From contig JBDRCO010000043.1 of assembly GCA_043821645.1 (NCBI GenBank), forward strand, positions 113,523 to 177,522: a DNA stretch of 64,000 nt, written 5' to 3'. The position numbers and the translations under genes were made by a program. The notes under the pieces were generated by a model. It was not told the DNA's origin, ran no database searches, and saw only the letters and a program-made list of their open reading frames with translations. The stretch comes from Pseudomonadota bacterium. Lineage in GTDB: Bacteria > Myxococcota > JACRCW01 > JAFGSX01. Below, one piece after another: positions 42,091 through 54,290 of the stretch; positions within the stretch are counted from its first letter, which is position 1; every line of letters starts with the position of its first letter.

Positions 42091-42510
42091 GTGATCCAGC
42101 TCATCACCAAGATACCCCTCGGTGTGCTGAAGCCAAAACCCGCGCGGCCCGAGCTGCGCCGCACCCTTCGCCGCCCGCTCGAAGCGAGGGCCTGGCTGCG
42201 GGGCCAGGGTCTGACCCTGCGCGCGGTGGTCTACGACCTGAACCGTGACGGCGCCGGGGTCGCCTCGGATGTCGAGGTGACGCCGGGGACCCCCATCCTG
42301 CTGCGCTGCTACCTGCGCGGTGCGCGCACACCCTTTTGCGCCTGGGCACGCAGCGTGCGCAGCGTGCAGCGGGCCGACGGACGCTACGACGTGGGATTGA
42401 GCTTCCACGGCCTGCGCCAGGCAGAGCAGCAGAGGCTCGAGGCCTACTTCGCCCGCCACCTGGCGCCGCAACAACGCCTGAGCCGCTGGAGCGAGCAATT
42501 CGGCCTGTGA
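42091..42510 (+). CDS. PilZ domain protein
   Basis: AGGAGG SD + GTG; RRTLRRPL (RxxxR), YDLNRDG (DxSxxG variant), YDVGLSF. Confidence 0.75.
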   Translation: MIQLITKIPLGVLKPKPARPELRRTLRRPLEARAWLRGQGLTLRAVVYDLNRDGAGVASDVEVTPGTPILLRCYLRGARTPFCAWARSVRSVQRADGRYDVGLSFHGLRQAEQQRLEAYFARHLAPQQRLSRWSEQFGL

Positions 42511-42569
42511 GGCGGTGACGCCAGCACGCCCGACGCGCTAACCTCTGCCTGGCCGCGGTGGAGGACGAC

Positions 42570-43964
42570 ATGAGCGAGTTGCTGGGCACCCTGCTGGTCC
42601 GCGAGGGCCTGCTCACCGAGGATCAACTGACCCAGGCTCTGGAGCGCCAGGCCAGCTACGGCGGCCGCCTCGCCTCGGTCTGCCTGAACATGGGCCTGGC
42701 CGACGAGCGCTCGCTGGCGGTGGTGCTGAGCCGCGCCACCGGCGTGCCCTTCCTGGTGCTGTCGCGCAGCGCCATCCCCGTATCCCTGACACGGGAGCTC
42801 CCCTTCACCGCGGCCACCAAGCTGCAGGCCCTGCCGCTGCGCCGCGACGGCCGCACCTTGCAGGTGGCCCTGGCCAGCCCCCGCGACGTGCAGGCCCTGG
42901 ACGAGCTGCGCTTCGGCACCGGTGCGCGCCTCATCGAATACGGCGCCCTGACCCAGCCCCTGCACAACACCATCCAGCAGCTGTACGCCCTCAAGGACGG
43001 CAAGGGCGCCCAGTTGGTCGAGGGGCAGGACCTGGACCGCACCCGTCTCGTCGACGAGGCCGGTTACCTGGAGCTGGTGCGCGGCACAGATACCCTGGAC
43101 AACAGCAGCGCGAACCGGGCCCAGACGCCCCTCGCAGATCTCATGTCGGGCTGGGATGATGGCGAGATCATCTCGCAGCCCACGGCCAAGGGCCAGCCCA
43201 CCTTGCTGGTGGTCGACGACGAGCCAGACCTGCGGGGCATGCTGGTCGAGTACCTCAAGCGGTACGGCTACCGGGTGCTGGAGGCCGGAGACGGTCACAC
43301 CGCCCTGCGCATCCTGCAGGAGCAGCTCCCCCACCTGATCGTGCTCGACGCCATGTTGCCCGGCGTGCACGGCTTCGAGATCTGCCACCAGGTCAAGCAC
43401 GCCGAGGCCACGCGCCACATCGCCGTGGTCATGATCAGCGCCCTGTACCGGGGCTGGCGCTACGCCGACGACGTCAAGCGGCTGTACGGCGCCGACGAGT
43501 TCCTCGAGAAGCCCTTTCGCCTGGAGGAGCTACGCCGGGTCATCGAGCAGCACCTGCAGGCCGAAGAGGGGACCGGCACCACCCCCGAGGAGATCAGCAC
43601 CCAGGCCAATCAGCTCCTGGCCCAGGCCGCCAACGCCTACCGCGCCGGGGATGCCCAGACGGCGGTGCGCCACCTCGAGGACGCGGTGGCCCAGGCGCCC
43701 TTCTCCGCCGAGCTGCAGCAGCGCCTGGCCCTGCTGTACGAGCAGCTCGGGCAAGCCCATCGCGCCATCGCCGCGCGCGAGCGCCTGGTCGAGCTGAGAC
43801 CCGAGCACGACCAGCTACTGGCCCTGGCCCAGCTCTACGAGCGGCACGGCTTCACCCACAAGGCCTTCGAGGCCTGGGAGCGCTGCTTCTGGACCGCCTC
43901 CGGCCCCGAGGAGGCCGAGAAGATTCGCGGGCACATGAACGCGCTGCTGCCCAGGTCAGGATGA
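42570..43964 (+). CDS. MshEN/GspE-N domain + response regulator receiver + TPR protein
   Basis: LLGTLLVREGLLTEDQLTQALERQ; ALPLRRDGRTLQVALASP; LLVVDDE...LIVLDAMLPG...MISA...LEKPF; C-terminal TPRs. Confidence 0.85.
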   Translation: MSELLGTLLVREGLLTEDQLTQALERQASYGGRLASVCLNMGLADERSLAVVLSRATGVPFLVLSRSAIPVSLTRELPFTAATKLQALPLRRDGRTLQVALASPRDVQALDELRFGTGARLIEYGALTQPLHNTIQQLYALKDGKGAQLVEGQDLDRTRLVDEAGYLELVRGTDTLDNSSANRAQTPLADLMSGWDDGEIISQPTAKGQPTLLVVDDEPDLRGMLVEYLKRYGYRVLEAGDGHTALRILQEQLPHLIVLDAMLPGVHGFEICHQVKHAEATRHIAVVMISALYRGWRYADDVKRLYGADEFLEKPFRLEELRRVIEQHLQAEEGTGTTPEEISTQANQLLAQAANAYRAGDAQTAVRHLEDAVAQAPFSAELQQRLALLYEQLGQAHRAIAARERLVELRPEHDQLLALAQLYERHGFTHKAFEAWERCFWTASGPEEAEKIRGHMNALLPRSG

Positions 43965-44001
43965 AGCAGATACTCGCGCTCTTGCATCGCAGTCGCAGGG
44001 G

Positions 44002-47000
44002 TTGCCCTTGAGCTTCTACGCCGACCTGCACGTGCACTCGAAGTACTCGCGGGCGACCAGCCGCGACGGCGACCTGCCGCACCTGGCGCTGTGGGCCAGG
44101 CGCAAGGGCATCCGCGTGCTGGGCACCGGCGACTTCACGCACCCGGCCTGGTTCGACGAGATCCGGCAGCAGCTCATCGAGGCCGAGCCCGGGCTGTTCG
44201 CGCTGCGGCCCGAACTGTGCGCCGTCGACGACGGCCTGCCGCCACCACCGCCTGACGCCGCGCTGCGCTTCGTGCTCAGCGTCGAGATCTCGACCATCTA
44301 CAAGAAGGCCGAGCGCACCCGCAAGGTGCACCACCTGATCCTGGTGCCCGACCTCGAGGGCGCCGCGCGCCTTCGCCAGCGCCTGGGCCAGATCGGCAAC
44401 ATCGCCTCGGACGGCCGCCCCATCCTGGGCCTGGACTCGCGCGACCTGCTGGAGATCCTGCTCGAGAGCGCCCCCGGGGGGCTGCTCATCCCGGCCCACA
44501 TCTGGACCCCCTGGTTCAGCGTGCTGGGCTCGCGCTCGGGCTTCGACAGCATCGAGGAGTGCTACGGCGATCTGAGCGAGCACATCGTGGCGGTGGAGAC
44601 GGGCCTGTCGTCGGACCCGCCCATGAACGCCCGTGTGTCGTCGCTGGACCGCTTCCGCCTGGTGAGCAACTCCGATGCGCACTCGCCGCAGAAGCTGGGC
44701 CGCGAGGCCTGCGTGTTCGATACCCCTCTCGACTACTTCGCCATGCGCCGCGCCCTGGAAACCGGTGCAGGATACGGCGGCACCGTCGAGTTCTTCCCCG
44801 AGGAGGGCAAGTACCACCTCGACGGCCACCGCGCCTGCGGCGTGGTGCAGGAGCCGGGCGAGACCCGGGCGCGCCAGGGCCTGTGCCCGAGCTGTGGCAA
44901 GCCGGTGACCGTGGGCGTCTTGCACCGCGTCGAGGAGCTGGCGGACCGCGCCGAAGCCGCGAGCGCGCCGCGAGATCCCGTTCGCTCGCTCATCCCCCTC
45001 GACGAGATCCTGGGCGAGCTCGAGGGCGTGGGCGCGGGCAGCAAGAAGGTGCGCGCGCTTTGTCACAAGCTGGTGTCCGCCCTGGGCCCCGAGCTGTGGC
45101 TGCTCGAGCACGCGCCCGTCGACGATGTGGCGCGCCTGGCCTCGCCCCTGCTCGCCGAGGCCCTGCAGCGCCTGCGCCGCGGCGAGGTGCGGTGCCAGGG
45201 TGGCTACGACGGGGAGTACGGCGTGATCCGGCTGTTCGACGAGCGCGAGCTGGCCGTCGAGCGCCGTGGTGGCTGGCTGTTCGGCGCACCGCCCGTGTCG
45301 GAGGCTCGCGGGCCGGCAGTCAAGACAGTCGAGCCCGCGCCACTGCCCCTGATGGCGCCTCCGCCCGCGGCCTTGCCTCCGTCGACGACCGCTCCCCCGA
45401 CGGGCGAGGGCCTGCTCGCGGGCCTCGATCCCGAGCAGCGCGCTGCCGCCGAGTACGAGCGAGGTCCATTGCTCATCGTCGCCGGTCCGGGCAGCGGCAA
45501 GACGCGCACCCTGACCCACAGGCTGGCGCACCTGGTGCTCGAGCGGGGCGTGGATCCCGCTCGTTGCCTCGCCATCACCTTCACCCGGCGCGCCGCCGCC
45601 GAGCTGCAGCTGCGCCTGACCCAGCTGATGGGCACCCGCGCGCTGCAGGTGCAGGTGTCGACCTTTCACGGCCTGGGCCTCCGGCTGCTGCGCACGCACG
45701 CCTCGGACATGGGCCTGCCCGACGACCTGAGCATTGCCAGCGAGGTGCAGCAGGAGCGCGCCATCGAACAGGCCTGCGGGTTGACCGGGGTACGTGCCCG
45801 GCGCCTGCGCCAGCGCATCCGTGCGCACAAGCACGGCGCCCTGGTGGGTGACGACGTGCAGCGGGCCCGCCAGGCCTACGACGCGGTGCTGCGCATGGAA
45901 GGACGCATCGACCTCGACGACCTGGTGCTGCTGCCGGCGCAGCAGCTCGAGCACAGTCCCGCCCTGCAGGCCGCGCTGCGGGCCGCCTACGATCACGTGT
46001 GCGTGGACGAGTACCAAGATGTGGATCCAGTGCAGGTGCGCCTGCTGCGCGCGCTGGTCGCGCCCGACGGCACGCTCTGCGTCATCGGCGATCCCGATCA
46101 GTCCATCTATGGCTTTCGCGGCTCGGATCGGGCCCTGTTCGAGCGCTTCGTCGACGACTTCGAAGGCGTGCGCGTGGTGCGCCTGACCCGGTCCTACCGC
46201 CTGGGCCAGTGCATCCTCGACGCCTCGGCCCAGGTGCTCGAGCGCGGCGGTGACGGCGAGCGACGGCTGCAGGCCCTGCTGCGCGAGCCCGGCCGCATCC
46301 TGCTGCACCCGGCGCCCACCGAGCGCGCCGAGGCCGAATTCGTGGTGCACAGCATCGAGCGACTGCTCGGCGGCCACAGCTTCTTCTCCCTGGACAGCGC
46401 GCGCAGCGAGGGGCATCAGGCGTCCCTGGGCCTGGGCGACATCGCCGTGCTGGTCCGCACCGAGCGCCAGGCCGAGCCCCTGAGCACGGCCCTGCGGCGC
46501 TCGGGCCTGCCCTTTCAGCGCCGCAGCCACCGCCGCCTCGACGAGCAGCCCGGCGTTGGCCTGCTGCTCGAGGCGCTACACCTGCTGCCAGCCGAGGGCA
46601 GCGTGCTGGCCCGGCTGCACCGCGCCGCCGACCTCATCGAGGCCAGTGCCGGCGAGGTCGAGGACAGCTGCCGCAGCGCCCTGTCGCTGCTCGAGCCCCT
46701 GGCCCTGCAGTACGGCGACGACGCCCGCGGCTTCACCGACACCGTGTCCCTGGGCGTCGAGCACGATCTGTGGGACGCCCGCGCCGAGCGCATCTCCCTG
46801 CTCACCTTGCACGCCGCCAAGGGACTGGAGTTCCAGGTCGTGTTCCTGGTGGGCTGCGAGGACGGGCTGCTGCCCCTGCGCTTCGCCGCGCCGCTGGACG
46901 ACGACGAGCTGGCCGAGGAGCGACGCCTGTTCTACGTCGGCATGACCCGCGCCGCGCGCCAGCTGGTGCTGTGCCACGCCGGGCGCCGGCTGTGGCAAGG

Positions 47001-47127
47001 CAAGGTGCGCGAGCGCACGCGTTCGCCCTTCGTCGACGCCATCGCCGACGCGCTGCTGCAGCACAGCACCCTGCGCGGCACCGGCCCCAAGAAGCGCCGC
47101 CCGGACAGCCAGCTCGACCTGTTCTGA
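44002..47127 (+). CDS. Endonuclease Q-like PHP nuclease fused to UvrD/PcrA-family helicase
   Basis: DLHVHSKYSRATS, GTGDFTHP, PAHIWTPW, SNSDAHS, GKYHLDGHRAC..CPSCG; AGPGSGKT, VDEYQD, IGDPDQSIYGFRG, TLHAAKGLEF, EERRLFYVGMTRA. Confidence 0.9.
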   Translation: MPLSFYADLHVHSKYSRATSRDGDLPHLALWARRKGIRVLGTGDFTHPAWFDEIRQQLIEAEPGLFALRPELCAVDDGLPPPPPDAALRFVLSVEISTIYKKAERTRKVHHLILVPDLEGAARLRQRLGQIGNIASDGRPILGLDSRDLLEILLESAPGGLLIPAHIWTPWFSVLGSRSGFDSIEECYGDLSEHIVAVETGLSSDPPMNARVSSLDRFRLVSNSDAHSPQKLGREACVFDTPLDYFAMRRALETGAGYGGTVEFFPEEGKYHLDGHRACGVVQEPGETRARQGLCPSCGKPVTVGVLHRVEELADRAEAASAPRDPVRSLIPLDEILGELEGVGAGSKKVRALCHKLVSALGPELWLLEHAPVDDVARLASPLLAEALQRLRRGEVRCQGGYDGEYGVIRLFDERELAVERRGGWLFGAPPVSEARGPAVKTVEPAPLPLMAPPPAALPPSTTAPPTGEGLLAGLDPEQRAAAEYERGPLLIVAGPGSGKTRTLTHRLAHLVLERGVDPARCLAITFTRRAAAELQLRLTQLMGTRALQVQVSTFHGLGLRLLRTHASDMGLPDDLSIASEVQQERAIEQACGLTGVRARRLRQRIRAHKHGALVGDDVQRARQAYDAVLRMEGRIDLDDLVLLPAQQLEHSPALQAALRAAYDHVCVDEYQDVDPVQVRLLRALVAPDGTLCVIGDPDQSIYGFRGSDRALFERFVDDFEGVRVVRLTRSYRLGQCILDASAQVLERGGDGERRLQALLREPGRILLHPAPTERAEAEFVVHSIERLLGGHSFFSLDSARSEGHQASLGLGDIAVLVRTERQAEPLSTALRRSGLPFQRRSHRRLDEQPGVGLLLEALHLLPAEGSVLARLHRAADLIEASAGEVEDSCRSALSLLEPLALQYGDDARGFTDTVSLGVEHDLWDARAERISLLTLHAAKGLEFQVVFLVGCEDGLLPLRFAAPLDDDELAEERRLFYVGMTRAARQLVLCHAGRRLWQGKVRERTRSPFVDAIADALLQHSTLRGTGPKKRRPDSQLDLF

Positions 47128-47396
47128 GCACAGCCCGCTTCCGGCGAGCGACCTGTCCCGAGCGAGCAACAGGTCTCCGACCCCTGTCAGAGGCAGGTCA
47201 GATCGGGCTTCACGCACTCTCCACGTCGAGATTACGTGTTGACCAGCTGCGTTGAAATTGCTATTTGGTGGCCGTTCTATTTGACATCATTGGGTTTTTT
47301 GTATTTACAGGGTCACTGAACCCGCCGTCACGAGGGCAGCAGATCCACCGAGATCGTCCTGCCAAGACCCGCAACCGTGAAAGCAGAGGGCACAAC

Positions 47397-49625
<2,229 letters not shown>

Positions 49626-49704
49626 ACCGCAGCTTCACTCCACTATTTTTAACGCTATTGCCCCGGGCCGCTCAGGCGCGGGAGCGCAGCGCTCTGCTCC
49701 AGGA

Positions 49705-50592
49705 TCAGAGATAGCGAACGCTCTTGAGCGATCGGCGGATGGCCTGCCGGAACTTGTACTTCGGATGCCCCAGGATCATGGCGATGACCACGCGGTTGTC
49801 GTCGGGCAAGCCCAGGCGCGGACGTATGGCCTCGCCCATGTTGTTGATCAGCGGCGGCACGATGCTGAGCAGGGTGGCGCCCAGCCCGAGGGCGTGGGCC
49901 GCGAGCATGGCATGGCTGGCCACCAGCAGGGCGTTCTCGGTGTAGGCGGTGGACCAGCGGCAGGCGTGAAACAGCATCAGCACCGGGGCGCCGGACAGGT
50001 AACGGTCCTCGCCGGTGGCCGCAAAGATGGCGTTCTTCTCCTGCACCACCTCGAGCACGTGGCTTTTCAGGGCGTGCATGGTCTCGGCCCCGCGCTTGAG
50101 CCGGATGACGCCACGGGCGATGGGGTTGTGAAACAGCGCCTGCAGCTTGCCATAGCCATCGACCAGCTCGCGCCCCAGACGGGCTATGTCCTCCTTCCCG
50201 TCGAGCACCAGGATCTCGACGCTGTGGGGAGGAAAGGACGGCGGCGCCAGGGCGGCGCCCTCGAGCACGCGATCGATGAGGGCACGCTCGACGGGTTTGT
50301 CCTTGAACGCGCGCACCGAGCGCCGCGCGGCCAGAAAGTGAAAGAGATCCTGGTCGCTGAAGTTCCACGTCACCACCGGTTCAAAGGTCCCGGCCTCGAC
50401 GCCGTCGAGGGCGAGGGCCATGTTGGGGCACACGGCCACGCACTGGCCACAGGCGATGCAGTAGCCCGCCCTGTCTTCGCGGGTGCGCACCGCGCCGTCG
50501 TGGAGCTCGAGGCACAGCTTGGGGCAGACCTCGACGCAGATGCCGTCGCCCTTGCACCTGCTGGCGTCGACCTGGTGTCGTGGCGTCTGCAT
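49705..50592 (-). CDS. Ferredoxin-nitroreductase fusion
   Basis: CKGDGICVEVCP and CIACGQCVAVCP; RRSVRAFKDKPV; AAHALGLG; ILGHP. Confidence 0.88.
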   Translation of the reverse strand: MQTPRHQVDASRCKGDGICVEVCPKLCLELHDGAVRTREDRAGYCIACGQCVAVCPNMALALDGVEAGTFEPVVTWNFSDQDLFHFLAARRSVRAFKDKPVERALIDRVLEGAALAPPSFPPHSVEILVLDGKEDIARLGRELVDGYGKLQALFHNPIARGVIRLKRGAETMHALKSHVLEVVQEKNAIFAATGEDRYLSGAPVLMLFHACRWSTAYTENALLVASHAMLAAHALGLGATLLSIVPPLINNMGEAIRPRLGLPDDNRVVIAMILGHPKYKFRQAIRRSLKSVRYL

Positions 50593-50763
50593 GCGAGGTC
50601 CCCCTTCCGGAAGTGACCGGTCCCATGTTGCTGGCTCAAGACAACAAAAAGATCGCCACGACGTCGTGAAGACGGGCGTGGATGTTGAACCGAGGCCTCA
50701 CGATGCGCCGGCGCCACCTGTCACATCGGAGCCCCTCTCAGCAAGCAATGCTCCCGGAGCGTG

Positions 50764-52083
50764 TCAGCTGACCACGGCTCCCTTGGGAACCACCACGATG
50801 TAGTCGGGGCTTCCCTCGATGTCACAGGTGGTCAGACCGCGTGCCTCGTCGGCCGCGCGATCGTACCCGAGCTGCACCCCCTCACCGATGATCGTGGTCT
50901 TGTCGATGATGGCATTGCGAATCCGGGCGTGGCGCCCCACCGAGGTCTCGAACACCAGGCCCCCCGAGATGGTGCCGCCGAGCAGCACCGAGTTCTCGAC
51001 CAGGGCGAAGCTGTGCACGTACAGCCCGGGGCCGAGCACCGAGTTGCGCACCGTGCCACCGCTGATGATCACGCCGTTGGACACGATGGAGTTGACCGCG
51101 CTGCCCACCCGTCCCGGGGACTCGTGGACGAACTTGGCCGGTGGAAAGAACTGCGGGCAGGTGAAGATGGGCCAGCGTTCGCCGTACAGATTGAAGCGCG
51201 GCGAGGTCGACACCACATCGAGGCTGGCCAGCCAGTACGCAGGGATGGTGCCCACGTCACGCCAGTAGTCCGAGTCGCTGGCGCGGCTCGACAGCACCTT
51301 GAGGCGCTGCCCGCCCCGGGTGATGTACTGGTACTCCTGGATCGCGTTGCGGGTGCTGAAGTCGAAGCCATACACCGGGTGACCGGCCTCGACCAGACGT
51401 GCGAAAACATCCTGACCAAAATCCGCCCAGTCCGACGACAGAACCTGCTCGAGCACGTCGAAGTTGAACAGGTAGATGCCCATGGAGGCGAAGCAGTCGT
51501 TGCTCCCCGGGATGCGGGCCGGGTCGGTGGGCTTCTCGTCGAAGCCCCGTACCTTGCCGTCGTCACCGAGCTGCACCACGCCGTAGCGCCCAGCCGCCTG
51601 TGCCGCGTCGACACGGACCACCGAGATGGTCGCCGCCGCCCCCGTGGCCTCGTGAAAGCGCCGCAGCAGTCGGTAGTCCATCTTGTAGATGTGGTCGCCG
51701 GCGAGGATCAACACCAGGCGCGGGCTCTCGTGGGCGATGAAGCTCAGATTCTGGCGAATGGCATCTGCCGTGCCCTCGTACCAGTTGGTGCCCTTCTGCA
51801 TCTGCGCGGGGATCTCGTCGATGAACTGACCCAGACGCCGGCTCAGGAAGTTCCACCCCATCTTCAGGTGGTTCGACAGCGGATGCGACTTGTACTGGGT
51901 CAGCACGTGGATCTTGCGTATGTCCGAGTTGATGCAGTTGGACAGCGTGAAGTCGATGATGCGGTGGATACCGGCAAAGTTGACCGCGGGCTTGGCTCGC
52001 GCGTCGGTGAGCGGCCGCAGACGCGCGCCCATACCGCCCGCCATCACCACCGCCACCACGTCGTCCTGCGCACGGTCGACCAT
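50764..52083 (-). CDS. glgC: Glucose-1-phosphate adenylyltransferase
   Basis: MAGGMGARLRPLT..RAKPAV, GTADAI, LAGDHIYKMDY, FDEKP, ASMGIY, YWRDVGT. Confidence 0.95.
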   Translation of the reverse strand: MVDRAQDDVVAVVMAGGMGARLRPLTDARAKPAVNFAGIHRIIDFTLSNCINSDIRKIHVLTQYKSHPLSNHLKMGWNFLSRRLGQFIDEIPAQMQKGTNWYEGTADAIRQNLSFIAHESPRLVLILAGDHIYKMDYRLLRRFHEATGAAATISVVRVDAAQAAGRYGVVQLGDDGKVRGFDEKPTDPARIPGSNDCFASMGIYLFNFDVLEQVLSSDWADFGQDVFARLVEAGHPVYGFDFSTRNAIQEYQYITRGGQRLKVLSSRASDSDYWRDVGTIPAYWLASLDVVSTSPRFNLYGERWPIFTCPQFFPPAKFVHESPGRVGSAVNSIVSNGVIISGGTVRNSVLGPGLYVHSFALVENSVLLGGTISGGLVFETSVGRHARIRNAIIDKTTIIGEGVQLGYDRAADEARGLTTCDIEGSPDYIVVVPKGAVVS

Positions 52084-52304
52084 GCTCACGCCCGTACGCC
52101 CTGGGCTCGCGGGCTTGCTGCCCATCCCCCCAGCGGCGATCGGATCCGAACCTGATCCGTGCGACATCCTACTGCGCGCTCAAGAAATTGTCGCCGTTCT
52201 GGCGCTGGTGAGGTGCCGGGCGCGCGTGCGTGGGTTCTTAACGCCACCGGCACCTCGGACACACATCAGCACGTGCTCCGAAGAGCTCGTGCCGAGGTAC
52301 GAGG

Positions 52305-53570
52305 TCACCGCCAGTCTGCGCGCTGCCGCAGGTCGATGGCCAAGCCCACAGCCCAGCCCACCGCTATGACGACGAGAGGCCACGCAGCGGGCTGCCACGA
52401 TCCCGTGCGCTCGAAGGTGTCGATCACCTCGTAGCTCAGCGGCAAGGTCAGCATCCAGCCCAGGGTGACCGCGCTGGGTCGCAGCGCCACCACGGGCGCC
52501 AGCACCAGGAGGTACCAGGGGAACACCACCGGGCTGAGCACGAAGGGCAGACACAGGCTGCGCCGCAGACCGTCGACCAGTGCACCCTGGCGCCGCGCGT
52601 GCACAGCCACGGCGACGAGCAAGATTACGCCCAGCGGCGCCAGCACGGGAGCCAGGGACACGTCTTTGAGCAGCGCATCCAGCGGCACATACAGGGGTGA
52701 TCCGAAGCGCCACTTGGCGAAGAACACGATCAGATTCCCCAGGGGACGCAAGCCGGAGGCCAGGGCCAGGCCATAGCCTGCGACGATGACCAGCAGACAC
52801 CCCAGCACCACTCGCCCGGCTCGGGCCCGCTCCAGACCGAGAGCCAGAGGAGCGAGCAGCACCGCCGGCGTCAGCTTGAGCAGCACCGCCACGCCCAGCC
52901 AGCACCCCGCTCGCCCATCGCGTCCTCGACTCAGAGCCAGCAGAGCCAGGCACAGGCCCAGGGCGGCGGTCACATCGATGTGGGCTCCCACCCCGGCCTC
53001 GAGCACCGCCAGGGGAGACAGGGCCAGCAGCGCCAGGTGCCTGCGAGCACCATGCGCGTCCAGCAGGCGGTCCCCGGCGAACAGCAGGGCGAGGGAGACC
53101 GCAGTGGTCAAGAGCTTCCAGGCCCAGGTCGCGAGCAGAGGACCGCTCGCTGCACAGAGTGCGTGCAGGACCACGGCCAGCGGCGGATAGATGGTGGGGA
53201 AACTCGCGTTGTCGTCAGGAAAGGCCCAGCGCGCATCCAGCGGCGGAGCGCTCGCCGGAGCAAACAGGTAGGGATCCACGCCATGCAGCAGCTGCTGACC
53301 GTCCCACAGGTAGCGCATCACGTCGTGCGTGGTGAAGGGCGGAACCATCAGCACCGCCACGCGCGCCAGCACACCGGCCGCCACGACCCAGCGCAGGTCG
53401 AGCTGCACACGACCCATCCGCCAGGCGACGAGCATGCAAATACTCATCAGCAGGTGCCCGGCGATGTAGATCGTGCCGCGCGTACCGTCGCCAAGCAGGG
53501 AGACGCCTCCCATGGCCGCGGCGGAGAAGACGAAGGCGAGGCAGGCCACGCGCTGCACGAGCAGGCTCAC
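52305..53570 (-). CDS. GT-C (GT87-like) membrane glycosyltransferase
   Basis: GTG overlapping upstream stop; DVMRYLWDG...GVDPY..AP, TIYPP, AHID, LLKLTP, SPVVFPWY. Confidence 0.78.
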   Translation of the reverse strand: MSLLVQRVACLAFVFSAAAMGGVSLLGDGTRGTIYIAGHLLMSICMLVAWRMGRVQLDLRWVVAAGVLARVAVLMVPPFTTHDVMRYLWDGQQLLHGVDPYLFAPASAPPLDARWAFPDDNASFPTIYPPLAVVLHALCAASGPLLATWAWKLLTTAVSLALLFAGDRLLDAHGARRHLALLALSPLAVLEAGVGAHIDVTAALGLCLALLALSRGRDGRAGCWLGVAVLLKLTPAVLLAPLALGLERARAGRVVLGCLLVIVAGYGLALASGLRPLGNLIVFFAKWRFGSPLYVPLDALLKDVSLAPVLAPLGVILLVAVAVHARRQGALVDGLRRSLCLPFVLSPVVFPWYLLVLAPVVALRPSAVTLGWMLTLPLSYEVIDTFERTGSWQPAAWPLVVIAVGWAVGLAIDLRQRADWR

Positions 53571-54262
53571 CCACGCCGCCCCTGCAGGACGTCGTGCCAC
53601 AGCAACAGGCTCAGGATCTTGTAGCTCGCACCGAGCGTGCCACGCAGGGTTCCCGACACCTTGGACCGCCCGATACGCCGCCGGTAGGGCACCGGGATCT
53701 CGGCATAACGCAGGCCTTGCCTCGCAGCCTTGATCTGCATCTCCACCGTCCAGCCATAGTCGCGATCGCACATCTTCAATGCGCGCAACGACCGCGCCCG
53801 GATCGCGCGAAAGGGACCAAGATCCGTTGCTCGCAGGTCAAAACGCCTGTGCAACCAGTGTGCGGCGATGGCGTTTCCGATGCGTTGCTGGGGTGACAAT
53901 GCGCCGCTCTCCAATGCACCCAGCGTCCGCGATCCGATGACCAGATCCGCCCGGTCATCGAGGATGGGCTGCAACAGGGGAGTTATCATCGACGGGTCGT
54001 CGCTTCCATCACCATCCAGGAACACCACGATGTCGGTATCGCAACGAAGTGCGGCGATACCAGCCAAGCAGGCCGAGCCATAGCCGCGCCGCAGTTCCGT
54101 GATGACGCGCGCCCCGGCCTCCTGCGCATGCGCTGCCGTGCCATCGCGGGAACCGTTGTTCACGACCAGCACCTCGCGCAGCGGCGGCTTCAGCACGGCT
54201 CGCACCACCTGACCGATGCTGCGCTCTTCGTCCAGGGCCGGTATGATCAGGTCGATATTCAT
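53567..54262 (-). CDS. GT2 family (polyprenyl-phosphate glycosyltransferase-like)
   Basis: IIPALDEE, VVNNGSRDGT, GYGSAC, FLDGDGSDDP, TDLGPFRAI, YGWTVEMQIKA. Confidence 0.9.
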   Translation of the reverse strand: MNIDLIIPALDEERSIGQVVRAVLKPPLREVLVVNNGSRDGTAAHAQEAGARVITELRRGYGSACLAGIAALRCDTDIVVFLDGDGSDDPSMITPLLQPILDDRADLVIGSRTLGALESGALSPQQRIGNAIAAHWLHRRFDLRATDLGPFRAIRARSLRALKMCDRDYGWTVEMQIKAARQGLRYAEIPVPYRRRIGRSKVSGTLRGTLGASYKILSLLLWHDVLQGRRG

Positions 54263-54290
54263 GGCGCGGCCATCCTACTCCGACAGGGTG

